From the NCBI GenBank assembly GCA_963666975.2, contig CAXVYR010000004.1, positions 2,112,001 through 2,176,000 on the forward strand: a stretch of DNA of 64,000 nt, written 5' to 3'. The stretch is from Terriglobia bacterium. GTDB lineage: Bacteria > Acidobacteriota > Terriglobia > 2-12-FULL-54-10. Made by a program: the position numbers and the translations under genes. The notes under the pieces were generated by a model. The model did not search any database, was not told where the DNA came from, and worked only from the letters and a program-made list of their open reading frames with translations. This document shows, one piece after another, positions 1-10,853 of the stretch; position 1 is the stretch's first letter; each line of letters begins with the position of its first letter.

Positions 1-87
1 CGATGAAAAGGAAACAACAGAGGAGGAAACGGCGATTAAGATGCTCCCGCTCCAACAACCTAGGCAATCGCCGACAAAACGCAGGCG

Positions 88-573
88 ATGACCCGTCGCA
101 ATCCCAAGCCACGAAACGAGCGTGAAGCAGAAGCCCGCAATCGCGCTCTGCACGCTCTTGCGCGAGTCCGCCGGGGTGAATCCCTTTCCCAGGCTGCACA
201 GGCCGAGCATGTGAAACTTGCCACAATCAAGAAGTACCTGGGCGGCCAGTTTCACCAAGACGCGCCCGGCAAGCGCTGGAAGCCAACCCAATCTGATCGG
301 CTCAGTGTCCGGATGAACGTTCTGACTCCGCTCGGCTCCACGACCGTATTAGTGCGCGGGTCACGCGAACGAATTCGCCTGGGACGTTACAACATCGCGC
401 TAGCAAAATGGCGGCGGTCAGAGCCGGGTGCGGAGGCGGAGCTAGCAAAATTCACGGGTAAGCGTGTTGGCGGGCATCTGCTCATTACCGACACAAAGCT
501 ACTGGCGACTCTCGAAGACGCTGATGTGATTGACTTCCCGGAATTGTATTCGTCTCTCACAGGGGGCGCATGA
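88..573 (+). CDS. Hypothetical protein with N-terminal HTH-like segment (mobile-element associated)
   Basis: 161-aa ORF; [21 protein letters not shown] resembles a helix-turn-helix; overlaps the next ORF by ATGA coupling. Confidence 0.6.
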   Translation: MTRRNPKPRNEREAEARNRALHALARVRRGESLSQAAQAEHVKLATIKKYLGGQFHQDAPGKRWKPTQSDRLSVRMNVLTPLGSTTVLVRGSRERIRLGRYNIALAKWRRSEPGAEAELAKFTGKRVGGHLLITDTKLLATLEDADVIDFPELYSSLTGGA

Positions 574-911
574 GCGTACGAGCAAAGACCAGCGCCCGCT
601 GTGTGATCTGTGGCATCAAGGAGATAGAGCACAACCATGTGGGCGGTCGGAATCATGTCGCATGGTTCACGATGCCGTTCTGCCGCAAGCACCATTCGCA
701 GTTTCACCATCTCCTCAGAAATGCCGGTGTCGATCTGGAATACACATCCGACCCGTGTGAACGATTGATTCGTGCGCTCAATGCACTGACGGCCTGCGAT
801 TGGATACTGCAAGAAGCGCTAAGAGAAATTATTCGTACGGCTCCAAGTAAATCTCCCCGCAGAACCCCCGAGAAGTGTACGTCGTCAGATAATGTTGGAC
901 ACAGAGCATAA
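570..911 (+). CDS. Small HNH-like Zn-binding protein; 3' end replaced by IS sequence from 876
   Basis: CVIC...[10 protein letters not shown]...FCRKHH pattern (CxxC, HNH-type His, CxxH); the last codons read into an IS end fragment. Confidence 0.6.
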   Translation: MSVRAKTSARCVICGIKEIEHNHVGGRNHVAWFTMPFCRKHHSQFHHLLRNAGVDLEYTSDPCERLIRALNALTACDWILQEALREIIRTAPSKSPRRTPEKCTSSDNVGHRA

Positions 912-941
912 AAAGATAAGGTGGCGTTCAGGCTCCTCTGG
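876..941 (-). mobile_element. Isolated 66-bp right-end fragment of the IS3-type element, inverted and abutting the left end of the full copy
   Basis: 876-941 is the reverse complement of 2388-2453. Confidence 0.9.
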
Positions 942-1028
942 TGTGCCCCGTCAGGGCTTGTTGGACAGGTAGAGGGTAATAGTTAAGGTGATGTTTTTGG
1001 CTCATCGTAGAGACTGAAAGGAACGAAG

Positions 1029-1400
1029 ATGAGACAAAAACAAGACGACAGGGGGGCGGTCGAGAAGGCCGTCCGGGAGATCAAACGCAGGACGCGGCGC
1101 AGGTTCAGCCCGGAAGACAAAATCCGCATTGTATTGCAGGGACTTCGCGGCGAGGACAGCATCGCGGAGCTGTGCCGCCGCGAGGGGCTGCACCAGAACC
1201 AGTATTACCGCTGGAGCAAGGAGTTTCTGGAGGCTGGCCGCAAGCGGCTGGCGGGCGACATAGACCGTGAGGCAACCAGTGGCGAAGTCAAGACTCTGCG
1301 GGAGCAGGCCGTACAGCTGAAAGAGGCCCTGGCCGAGGCTATGCTGGAAAATCGCCTGCTAAAAAAAAGCGTGATCGGGGATGGGGAGGAACATACATGA
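1029..1400 (+). CDS. IS3-type transposase OrfA (HTH)
   Basis: FSPEDKIRIV...IAELCRREG...YYRW HTH; slippery A8G run at 1361-1369 leads into the open -1 frame of orfB. Confidence 0.92.
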   Translation: MRQKQDDRGAVEKAVREIKRRTRRRFSPEDKIRIVLQGLRGEDSIAELCRREGLHQNQYYRWSKEFLEAGRKRLAGDIDREATSGEVKTLREQAVQLKEALAEAMLENRLLKKSVIGDGEEHT

Positions 1401-2380
1401 GATACCCTGCCTCGGAGAAGCTGGAGATCATCTGCACGGTGGAGCAATCTGCCCTGGGGGTGCGCCGGACGCTGCAGCAGGTTGGCATTCCCAGATCGAC
1501 GTTTTACAACTGGTACGACCGCTATGTGTCGGAAGGCTTTGATGGGCTGGAAGACAAAAAACCCGATCCTGGCCCTGTCTGGAACAAGGTGCCGGAGGAG
1601 ATAACTCAGCAGTTGGTGACGTTAGCCCTGGCCGAGCCCGATCTGTCGTCACGCGAGCTGGCGGTGCGTTTTACCGAGGAAAGGCGGTATTACCTTTCTG
1701 AATCGACGGTTTACCGCGTCCTGAAAAGCCATGACCTGATTACCGCGCCAGCCTTTATTGTCCTGAAAGCGGCGGAACGGTTCGCCAACCCGACCACGGC
1801 GGTCAACCAGCTCTGGCAGACCGACTTCACCTACCTGAAAGTCATCGGTTGGGGCTGGTTCTACCTGTCCACGGTGCTGGACGACTTCTCGCGCTATATC
1901 ATCGCCTGGCGGCTGTGCAAAACCATGAGCGCAAGTGACGTCTCGGCCACGTTGCGGGATGCTTTGCAAGCCACCGGCCTCGACCGCGTGGGCGCCCGGC
2001 ACAGACCTCGCCTCCTGAGCGACAACGGGCCGTGCTACGTCTCTTCCGAACTGCAATCATGGCTGGCAGAAAACAGCGTGCCGCATACTCGCGGCAAGCC
2101 CTATCACCCCATGACGCAGGGCAAGATCGAACGCTGGCACCGAACTCTGAAAGACCGCATCCTGCTCAACAACTATTACCTGCCAGAAGAGCTGGAGCGG
2201 CAGATCGATGCCTTCGTCAACCACTACAACACCAACCGATACCATGAAAGCCTGAACAACCTGACACCGTATGACGTTTTTACAGGCCAAGGCAGTGCCA
2301 TCCTGCAAAAACGGGATCGCATCAAAGAGAAAACTATGATCTTAAGAAAACGGTTGCACTTCAAAAGAAGGGCAGCCTAA
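1397..2380 (+). CDS. IS3-type transposase OrfB (rve integrase core); OrfAB probably made by -1 frameshift
   Basis: WQTDFTY, LSDNG and QGKIERWH DDE motifs. Confidence 0.93.
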   Translation: MRYPASEKLEIICTVEQSALGVRRTLQQVGIPRSTFYNWYDRYVSEGFDGLEDKKPDPGPVWNKVPEEITQQLVTLALAEPDLSSRELAVRFTEERRYYLSESTVYRVLKSHDLITAPAFIVLKAAERFANPTTAVNQLWQTDFTYLKVIGWGWFYLSTVLDDFSRYIIAWRLCKTMSASDVSATLRDALQATGLDRVGARHRPRLLSDNGPCYVSSELQSWLAENSVPHTRGKPYHPMTQGKIERWHRTLKDRILLNNYYLPEELERQIDAFVNHYNTNRYHESLNNLTPYDVFTGQGSAILQKRDRIKEKTMILRKRLHFKRRAA

Positions 2381-2529
2381 CATCAACCCAGAGGAGCCTG
2401 AACGCCACCTTATCTTTTTATGCTCTGTGTCCAACATTATCTGACGACGTACAGATGACGATCCGGCCATCGCCCGAACCTAGGGGTATGGCTCCTTCGG
2501 ACAATGGAGCGTTACCTCTGAACCCATTC

Positions 2530-2979
2530 TTATTCTTTTGCTCCTGCCTTCTTGAGGATTTCAACCACTTCAGTGTGCCCATTCTCCTGTGCTTTCATCA
2601 ACGCAGTCGCTCCAAATGTGCCTTGGGCATTGACGTTAGCGCCTGCGTCGAGCAAGGCTTGCACGGTAGCGGTGTGGCCCCAAAATGCCGCCCACATCAA
2701 GGCCGTCGAACCCTCATTTTCTTCGGCATTGATGTCTGCGCTACCTTCAAGCAAGGCTTGCACGGTAGCGGTGTGGCCTCTGGCCGCCGCCTCCATCAAG
2801 GCCGTCCATCCATACTCGTCTTTGGCATTGACATTTGCACCCGCGTCGATCAAGGCCTGCACGGCATCGGTGTTGCCCATCCCTGCTGCGCTATTCAGCG
2901 CTAGATTAGCAGCCCTTGTGCAGGCTAGGAGCGGGATCAGAAGGGCAACAAGCAGGAGTCCTTTGCAGGCGTATCGCAT
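2530..2979 (-). CDS. Ankyrin-repeat lipoprotein (start re-set to ATG at 2979)
   Basis: Lipobox LLAC after a hydrophobic stretch; three to four GxTALMxAA...GHT ankyrin repeats. Confidence 0.85.
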   Translation of the reverse strand: MRYACKGLLLVALLIPLLACTRAANLALNSAAGMGNTDAVQALIDAGANVNAKDEYGWTALMEAAARGHTATVQALLEGSADINAEENEGSTALMWAAFWGHTATVQALLDAGANVNAQGTFGATALMKAQENGHTEVVEILKKAGAKE

Positions 2980-3947
2980 AACGTCCCTCAATCGAATTAA
3001 CTTTTGGCTTCCCGGTCTCAGTCGCAGTATACTCCCAATCCGCCAGGCCCCTCGCCCAGGGGGTGGGCCAGAAACAGGGGGCCGAGCCCTCAATCTAAAA
3101 CGTCCCCGCACGCGATCCGCGCCTGGTAACTTGAGACCACGCCGCATGCGCCTCCGCCTTGCTTTTCCCTCGGTTCCTGTGCCTTGGGGGTGTAGCACTT
3201 TTCCCGTCCGTATAGCCTACCCCCTCAACCGTTTGACGGGATAGGAGACAGGGCGATCTCAAACTGTACCCCCTACCAATAGGACGGTATAGGACTGTGT
3301 GAACCTGAGGGGGCGATTGCGCCCCTGGCCCCCGGCGCACCCGTCGAACTGAATTCTGGGCGAACACTCGCTACCCTGTTTCTGGCCCACCCCCCTCGGG
3401 AGCAAGACGGGTGTATACTCGCAACCGCCGAAGGGCCAAAAAACTAATTCCTGTTTAGGTGAGAGCGTTTTCCGGGCGGTCCATCAGCCCTCCTCTTTCC
3501 AGGAAGCTGTAAAGGATGTCAGGCCGCCCTCGCCTACCTCCAGGGTGAAGCCGTAGCGGCCTACAGTCGGGTGCCTGCTGAGAAGAACCTGAAGATGCTT
3601 TTATCCGCAACTAGGGATGAAACCCATTTTAGTAACAATAACAACAATCCAGCATGGGGGAATGAAACTCACCTTATTCTCAGTCTCTCCGGGGCTATAC
3701 GTAGTGATGGTTCATTTACGGGAAACTGCATAATCAAGAATACCGGAAGTGCCGCGAATAAAAATGCCCGGAGTATTAATCCAGTAGTTCTCGGATCGTC
3801 AGTCCGCCCGTTGCAGATCAATCCCTCGAGGAGTGCTCGGAACAGGGGTTTTTGTCGCGCGGCCTTCCTTAGTTGATCTTCCCCCTTGAGGAACTTTTTC
3901 GGCTTCGTTAGGTTCTAATAACACTGTAGGGTACATCCTCATTCATT

Positions 3948-5682
3948 TCATTTCCAGCCCTTGCCAACCTGCACAATTGGAGCTTCTATACCCGGGCTGA
4001 ATTTGACCTCATCCATGCTTTCTATGTGTACTACCTGACCCTCGACAAAATGAGAACTAAGGAAATACCCTAGTTGTACCCCCCGGGAATTAAAATAAGG
4101 CATAACCCACCATCCCTCTCTCCCGTTTGGTGCGGGCGGAGGAACATGCAGCAGTACCCCTTCGGGTGGGGGATAGACATCTCCGATCACCCATACCCGA
4201 TTCCCGGACCTGAGACTCTTTTCGATCTCATCCCAGACAGGCTGGAGCGGATTTACAGCTGACATTTTTTCTTGTAATAGATCGAATCGATTGATTGCTA
4301 AATCCTCGATGGGCGGAATCGTCATCCACTTTGTCTTACCCCGGTAATAGTGTTGGAACGTGATTCCCAACCAATACGGATTAAGAATAATCAAGTCTTC
4401 TTCCGATGCTCGTTCCTCCATTACGGATGCAATGATATCAAGGTTGGTAAATCGCTCTGGGACAATTTGCCACGTGATTGGAAGGGTCAATCCCGCCACC
4501 GCAAGCGCCACAACAAGACGTACAATCCTTCTACGGAACGTGTTGGCTGCTTGTTCCAATCCAATGTCTACCGAGATAGCAATAACACCCATCAAAATAA
4601 TATAGTACCAGGGGCTGGTCGGAAGGCCTGTGTTTTTCAAGAATACCACAAATAATACTGAACTCATAACCATAACCGTCAGGTTGAATATGCAGAGGTC
4701 GGCGGTATCTTTATGCTCTGGATCGTTCCGCTTGTACACTATGAAATAAATAGAGGTCAAAATACAAACAGCAGAGCAAACGACCCAAGTCCACAACAGG
4801 AATGAACTCAAAACGGAGGCGCGTCTCAAAATCTAAACTAAAGGAGAGTCTGAATCTTTCGAATATGACGGACCAAGGGTAGGATGATTGTACAACAACC
4901 AGTACTTCATGAGCTTTCCTTATTGTTTCTAGATAAGGGATCAATGAAAGAGCGGATATCGCTCCTATGCCAAGAACCAAAAAGTATTCTGTTCCATCTG
5001 CGTTTTCGGATGCATACGAAGGACGCCCCAAGGCAAATCGTGAACAGGAAGAATGCATTCTGATACAGGCACTGGACGCTCAGGACAGACACCAAGGCTG
5101 CCAACGCGACTCGGCCTTTGGATGGCGATGTCACTACTTTCCAAATAAGGCCATAAGCGAGCAATATTAAGAGTATGCCGAGGCTGTATCCTCGAATGGA
5201 AATCCACCACCGAATTACAGTAGGATTAAATCCGAACAAAACCAGGGAAAAGATAGGAACGGTGTAGCCTAGTCCTTTTCGATTTAACCATAATACTAAC
5301 AAAATCCCGATTCCGATCAATGCGCTAAAAAAAAAGCTAGTATTCTCAGACTGGCATCACCGCCTCCAAGCCATGGAACGCCTGTCCAAGTCCGCAAACC
5401 GATATACGGCAGTACAGCACAGCATTCGTGGGGGAGAGACGACCATAACTGTGAAAACGACGGCATAGTTGCAACACCGATCGTAGCTACTTCATCCCGC
5501 CAAAGGGCACCCACTTGGCTCGCACGATACACATGCAGGAAAACGATCATACCCGTGAGAGACCCAGCGAATAACAATTCCACCTTCCGGATTATCGGCA
5601 GATGGTCCTTTGGTGTACGATCTTTGTGCTTAAGGAAGATTTGCGGTTTTCTTCTTTTACGTTTGTTCGCGTTCTTACCCAT
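3948..5682 (-). pseudogene. Frameshifted multi-pass membrane protein, GT-C/PMT-like glycosyltransferase
   Basis: Three consecutive ORF pieces (5317-5682, 4907-5320, 3948-4829); LWRDE motif after the first TM, RGYSLG, many TM segments; lower GC. Confidence 0.65.
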
Positions 5683-6195
5683 TAAACTAAGAATCCCACG
5701 ATGGTTACGAGGCTACCGCAGGAGCCGCCCGGACACAGCTCGTGTCCGTCATAGCGGGGGGTGGCCACGATGGAGTCACTCGAACTGATGATCTGGCCCC
5801 GCAACGAGGAATTGGGGGGGTTGGCCCCCCCCCCAGTGATTCCAGGCTTTCTATGTGGACCGTTGGTGCTCGCAAGCATGGCCAACGTGATTTGGAAGGG
5901 AACAGTCGCAGTGTTGAGGCTATCTTGCCCTGTACTGTTGGAGCGTTGGTGAAGCAGGCATTGCAGGCTCAACCGTGAGGATCCCACCATCTTGCCCGTG
6001 TTGAGCTGGCCGTCTCCCTGTTGTCCGCAGGTCAACTTATCCGGAATTCCCATTTGAGCTTTACCTTCACCCGAAAACCTATGCCTGTTACACTGCCTTG
6101 TCAAGGGCAATGCGCCCTGTCTTCTTTGAGGTGATAGTGAAGCTCGTTTGGGACATTCTTCAGAGTCGCCGTGCGGGTTTTGATTCCACTTCATC

Positions 6196-6543
6196 TCATT
6201 TCCGCTCGATTCCAACGAGTTGCGCCAGCGTCTGCCAATGCCTCGGATGCGGAACCCGCCTGCCAGCACGAATATCCAATGTGTACGACTCAGAGACCCC
6301 GAGTGTTGAGGACAAGACTGAAAGCGTGACCCCTGCAAGACGAGGCTGTATCTGTTCGAGGTAGTCCCTTTCAGTAAGCTCAGTGAGTTGTCCAGACTTT
6401 TTCCAGGTGCGCTTTGCGGCAGCATGTCGGCGTTGTGTATTGGCCCGGCGGGCCTGGGCCTTGGGAGACAGCGCGGCGATTCTACCGAGTTTTGCAGCCT
6501 TCATCAGGCGCTCTGTCGAGAGTTCCAATGCGCTACGATGCAC
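6196..6543 (-). pseudogene. C-terminal HTH fragment resembling the tail of solo/casposon-type Cas1 proteins
   Basis: AQARRANTQRRH...IQPRLAGVT...LGVSESYTLDIRAGRRVPHPRHW; no proper N-terminus; family assignment from recall only. Confidence 0.45.
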
Positions 6544-6722
6544 ACTCTACACTAATTCTGAAAATGGTCTAAACTCTGGATGGATGAGGGTTAGCTCTTC
6601 TGAGTCTACTCTCAAGCTGATTCGCAGGGTATACTGCCAGGAGAACCGGGTAAGGGCAAGTTCGGCGCGGACGGTGCGACTTGGGAGATTGAATGCGAAT
6701 ACACGCTTCCCGAAGAGGGAGC

Positions 6723-7157
6723 CTACTTTTTCGCCAGATTCTCGTACCGATCCTGGGGGGCGCTGTCGGTGGCGGAAGGAAGACCGCGGGGCGCCCAGCC
6801 CGGAAAAGTGAGGTGCCCCATCTGGTCCACCTCCCCGCCAAATCCGCCGCGCATGTCGAGCACGTTGGAGAATTCGCCCACCAGCAGTAGCTCCGCCGCC
6901 TTCAGCGAGCGGCCCCCTCTCTGGCAGCCGGTAATGCACTTCACATCCTTGCCGAAATTCTTCTCCACCACCTCCACAAACCGGGCGTTCACCTGCATGC
7001 GCCCGTAGGCGTCCGGCTCCACCACCGGGACATTCTTGGCGCCCGGGACGTGACCGGCTTCGAACTCCGGCACGTTCCGCACGTCCAGATAGATGTAACC
7101 GGTATTGGAATCGAGCAGCTCCTTGGCTTCCTCCGGCGTGATTCGTGTGACTTGCAT
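6723..7157 (-). CDS. Rhodanese-like sulfurtransferase
   Basis: YLDVR..EF.AGHVPGAKN and CQRGGRS active-site loop; GGAGG RBS before ATG 7157. Confidence 0.9.
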   Translation of the reverse strand: MQVTRITPEEAKELLDSNTGYIYLDVRNVPEFEAGHVPGAKNVPVVEPDAYGRMQVNARFVEVVEKNFGKDVKCITGCQRGGRSLKAAELLLVGEFSNVLDMRGGFGGEVDQMGHLTFPGWAPRGLPSATDSAPQDRYENLAKK

Positions 7158-7740
7158 CTTTCCACCTCCGTCGTTGCTCAGAAGATCATAGTACCACTTT
7201 CCGGGGCTTTGGTGCATGGCGACGCTGCGGGGGGCAATGTCGCCTTAGCGTATGATTACGGACCCAGTCTGCCGGAGCCGAAAGCAACCATGCGCTATCC
7301 GAAACGCAACCAGCACAAGTACACGAAGAAGTCCTATCACCTGCGCAACTGGCCAGAGTATGAGGGCGCTCTGCGACGCCGAGGTGACCTTACGCTGTGG
7401 TTCTCCGAGGAAGCCATCCGGGCCTGGCATGCGCCCGCTGGATCGAAACCAGGCGGCCAGCGAATCTATTCCGACCTCGCCATCGAGACCGCCTTGACAG
7501 TGCGCTCGGTCTACCATCTTGCACTGCGTCAGACGGAGGGTTTCCTCGAGTCTCTATCGGTGCGGCTCGGACTGAATCTACGGATACCCGATCACACCAC
7601 GCTGTCGCGCCGAGCGAAGTGTCTCAACGTGAACGTGTTTCATTAACCGTCCGGTGAAGCTCTTCATTGTACGTCGTCAGATAATGTTGGACACAGAGCA
7701 TAAAAAGATAAGGTGGCGTTCAGGCTCCTCTGGGTTGATG

Positions 7741-8724
7741 TTAGGCTGCCCTTCTTTTGAAGTGCAACCGTTTTCTTAAGATCATAGTTTTCTCTTTGAT
7801 GCGATCCCGTTTTTGCAGGATGGCACTGCCTTGGCCTGTAAAAACGTCATACGGTGTCAGGTTGTTCAGGCTTTCATGGTATCGGTTGGTGTTGTAGTGG
7901 TTGACGAAGGCATCGATCTGCCGCTCCAGCTCTTCTGGCAGGTAATAGTTGTTGAGCAGGATGCGGTCTTTCAGAGTTCGGTGCCAGCGTTCGATCTTGC
8001 CCTGCGTCATGGGGTGATAGGGCTTGCCGCGAGTATGCGGCACGCTGTTTTCTGCCAGCCATGATTGCAGTTCGGAAGAGACGTAGCACGGCCCGTTGTC
8101 GCTCAGGAGGCGAGGTCTGTGCCGGGCGCCCACGCGGTCGAGGCCGGTGGCTTGCAAAGCATCCCGCAACGTGGCCGAGACGTCACTTGCGCTCATGGTT
8201 TTGCACAGCCGCCAGGCGATGATATAGCGCGAGAAGTCGTCCAGCACCGTGGACAGGTAGAACCAGCCCCAACCGATGACTTTCAGGTAGGTGAAGTCGG
8301 TCTGCCAGAGCTGGTTGACCGCCGTGGTCGGGTTGGCGAACCGTTCCGCCGCTTTCAGGACAATAAAGGCTGGCGCGGTAATCAGGTCATGGCTTTTCAG
8401 GACGCGGTAAACCGTCGATTCAGAAAGGTAATACCGCCTTTCCTCGGTAAAACGCACCGCCAGCTCGCGTGACGACAGATCGGGCTCGGCCAGGGCTAAC
8501 GTCACCAACTGCTGAGTTATCTCCTCCGGCACCTTGTTCCAGACAGGGCCAGGATCGGGTTTTTTGTCTTCCAGCCCATCAAAGCCTTCCGACACATAGC
8601 GGTCGTACCAGTTGTAAAACGTCGATCTGGGAATGCCAACCTGCTGCAGCGTCCGGCGCACCCCCAGGGCAGATTGCTCCACCGTGCAGATGATCTCCAG
8701 CTTCTCCGAGGCAGGGTATCTCAT
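7741..8724 (-). CDS. IS3-type transposase OrfB
   Basis: Protein identical to 1397-2380. Confidence 0.93.
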   Translation of the reverse strand: MRYPASEKLEIICTVEQSALGVRRTLQQVGIPRSTFYNWYDRYVSEGFDGLEDKKPDPGPVWNKVPEEITQQLVTLALAEPDLSSRELAVRFTEERRYYLSESTVYRVLKSHDLITAPAFIVLKAAERFANPTTAVNQLWQTDFTYLKVIGWGWFYLSTVLDDFSRYIIAWRLCKTMSASDVSATLRDALQATGLDRVGARHRPRLLSDNGPCYVSSELQSWLAENSVPHTRGKPYHPMTQGKIERWHRTLKDRILLNNYYLPEELERQIDAFVNHYNTNRYHESLNNLTPYDVFTGQGSAILQKRDRIKEKTMILRKRLHFKRRAA

Positions 8725-9092
8725 GTATGTTCCTCCCCATCCCCGATCACGCTTTTTTTTAGCAGGCGATTTTCCAGCATAGCCTCGGCCAGGGCCTCTT
8801 TCAGCTGTACGGCCTGCTCCCGCAGAGTCTTGACTTCGCCACTGGTTGCCTCACGGTCTATGTCGCCCGCCAGCCGCTTGCGGCCAGCCTCCAGAAACTC
8901 CTTGCTCCAGCGGTAATACTGGTTCTGGTGCAGCCCCTCGCGGCGGCACAGCTCCGCGATGCTGTCCTCGCCGCGAAGTCCCTGCAATACAATGCGGATT
9001 TTGTCTTCCGGGCTGAACCTGCGCCGCGTCCTGCGTTTGATCTCCCGGACGGCCTTCTCGACCGCCCCCCTGTCGTCTTGTTTTTGTCTCAT
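8721..9092 (-). CDS. IS3-type transposase OrfA
   Basis: Protein identical to 1029-1400. Confidence 0.92.
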   Translation of the reverse strand: MRQKQDDRGAVEKAVREIKRRTRRRFSPEDKIRIVLQGLRGEDSIAELCRREGLHQNQYYRWSKEFLEAGRKRLAGDIDREATSGEVKTLREQAVQLKEALAEAMLENRLLKKSVIGDGEEHT

Positions 9093-9404
9093 CTTCGTTC
9101 CTTTCAGTCTCTACGATGAGCCAAAAACATCACCTTAACTATTACCCTCTACCTGTCCAACAAGCCCTGACGGGGCACACTTCATATCTTGGTGGATAGT
9201 ACCGGTTTGAAAGTGTACGTTGATAGCGAGTGGAGAAAGCGCAGTAGCCGCCGGCTGTGGCGAAAACTTCATTTGGTGGTCGATGCGCAGACGGGTGACT
9301 TTGTGGCGTCGGAGCTCACCACGAACAAAGTGGGTGATGCTTCCCAGGTACCGATTCTGCTCGCGCAGATCGACGAGTCCATTGGCTCTATCACTGCGGA
9401 TGGT

Positions 9405-10853
9405 GAAGGTGTCCCAAACTCAGTTGCAGGTTGGGACGGCGGGTTGAGTTCATATTACGCCACTTTCTCCTTGTGAGAGGAAGCAGCGTTTGGACTTCGG
9501 CCGAGAATCGATGCCAAAGCCCAGAGATCGTGATAACCCATGATCTTCCGGAAATTCTTCTCGGTCAGCAGAAACGCTCCTGCCACCCAGCGCAACGTCA
9601 TCTCGCCGTCGCGCCAGCGGCAAACATTGCCAGTCTTTTTCCGCACGCCCGACTGCGGGCTCTCGATGAGGTTCGTGGTTGCCAGGCAGCGGTGGAGGCT
9701 GGGAGGAACGTCGGCTCGATTGATCGTAAAGGTCTCCTCCAACCCTTCGCGCAAGCTGGCGGCTGCTGCCGGATGATCGCACTCGATCATCCCAGCGAGC
9801 TTTTTTATGCGCACGATGCCTTCCTCGGCTTGGGGCAATCGCCAGGCGGCGCGCATCAGCGACCGCACCTGATTCGCCAGCATTTTGTCGCCCTTTGGTA
9901 ACCGCTCAGCCACGTTGCGCAGCTTATGAGTACGGCAACGCTGCACCAGCTGATTGCTGCCGAATACTTCCTCGATCCCCGCGCGGAGCGCTTTGGCGCC
10001 GTCGATCACAAACAGATAGCGCTGATCCGTGCGCAAACCTTGCTGGCGCAGGCGGGTGAGAAGGTCTTTCACCGCAGCGGCGTTTTCGGTCGCGCCCAGT
10101 TGAATCCCCAGCACATGCTTGCGGCCCTCGCTGTCCACGCCCACGGCGCTGATGACGTGGTGGGAGCCGAACCGCATTCCGTCCAGGTAAATCACCAGAA
10201 TCTCGACCTCCTCCCAGCGCCGCGCCAACAGTTCTTCCAGCCGCCGCGCTCCTTGCTCGGCCGCTTCCCGGCTCACCTGAGACTTCGACACCCCAGCGCT
10301 GTTGGCCATCTCCGGGATCACCTCGCGGTAGTTCCGCGTCGAAACCCCTTTCAACAGTGCCTCGAACATCTCCTCGCCCGTCTTCTCGCTTTTCCGCAGC
10401 GCTTCGTAGGCCGGCACCGCTTCTTCCCCTCCGCCCTTCCGGCGCAGCCGGGGCCGCTCCACCCGCAGCTGGCGATCGGCCAGTTTCACCCTCCCCAATT
10501 GCCGGCCATGCCAGCGCACCTCTCCGCTCGCCTTCCCGGGACTCTTTGGCCCCGCGATTTGCTCTGCGCTCATGCTCAGAATCGTTTCAATCAAACCTCG
10601 CCCGGCCCGATCAATCACCTCATCCACCGCCAGACGCGCCTCCGTGATCAGATCCACCACCGGCAACAGCATCTGTCCGTTGGTTTGGCAAAACTTCTGG
10701 ATGGTTTCTTCGGCTCCCTTGGAACCCAGTTCCAAAACGTGATATTTTCCCTTCATTCGGCGGTTCTCCTTCTATAGGATTTAGGCTTGGCCCGATTCTA
10801 TTCGATTCGGGCCGAACCGCCGTTCAACCTTCAACTATGTATGGGACACCCTC
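9405..10853 (-). mobile_element. IS256-family element, copy 1 (1449 bp; transposase 9455-10756)
   Basis: IRs GAAGGTGTCCCA and GAGGGTGTCCCA; 433-aa mutator-type transposase (GVSTR, YLDG, IDGAKAL, QRCRTHK, TTNLIES); no TSD. Confidence 0.95.

Larger units (their letters stand above)
942..2453 (+). mobile_element. IS3-type insertion sequence (1512 bp), copy 1
   Basis: Imperfect terminal IRs TGTGCCCCGTCAG and CTGACGACGTACA; orfA/orfB; matches the inverted copy at 7668-9179; no target duplication. Confidence 0.92.
7668..9179 (-). mobile_element. IS3-type insertion sequence, copy 2, with 6-bp target duplication CTTCAT
   Basis: CTTCAT at 7662-7667 and 9180-9185; proteins identical to copy 1. Confidence 0.95.
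7205..9404 (+). pseudogene. IS5-family (IS903-group) element, interrupted by the IS3-type copy and truncated by IS256
   Basis: GGCTTTGGTGC left end at 7205; NWPEYEGALRRRGDLTLW and PDHTTLSRR (7290-7646); resumes at 9189 with VDSTGLKV...WRKLHL...ITADG. Confidence 0.85.

Noticed and set aside
3395-3600. Glycine-riboswitch-like CCGCCGAAGG motif
   Set aside because: The other conserved aptamer elements (GGAGA, CTCTCAGG) and a relevant downstream gene are missing
3948-5682. Programmed phase variation of the glycosyltransferase-like gene
   Set aside because: One break is at an A/T homopolymer near 5327-5336 but there are additional breaks; cannot be separated from decay or sequencing error
942-9179. 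Composite transposon formed by the inverted IS3-type copies
   Set aside because: Copy 2 has its own TSD inside an IS5 gene, so it inserted independently; the outer flanks do not match
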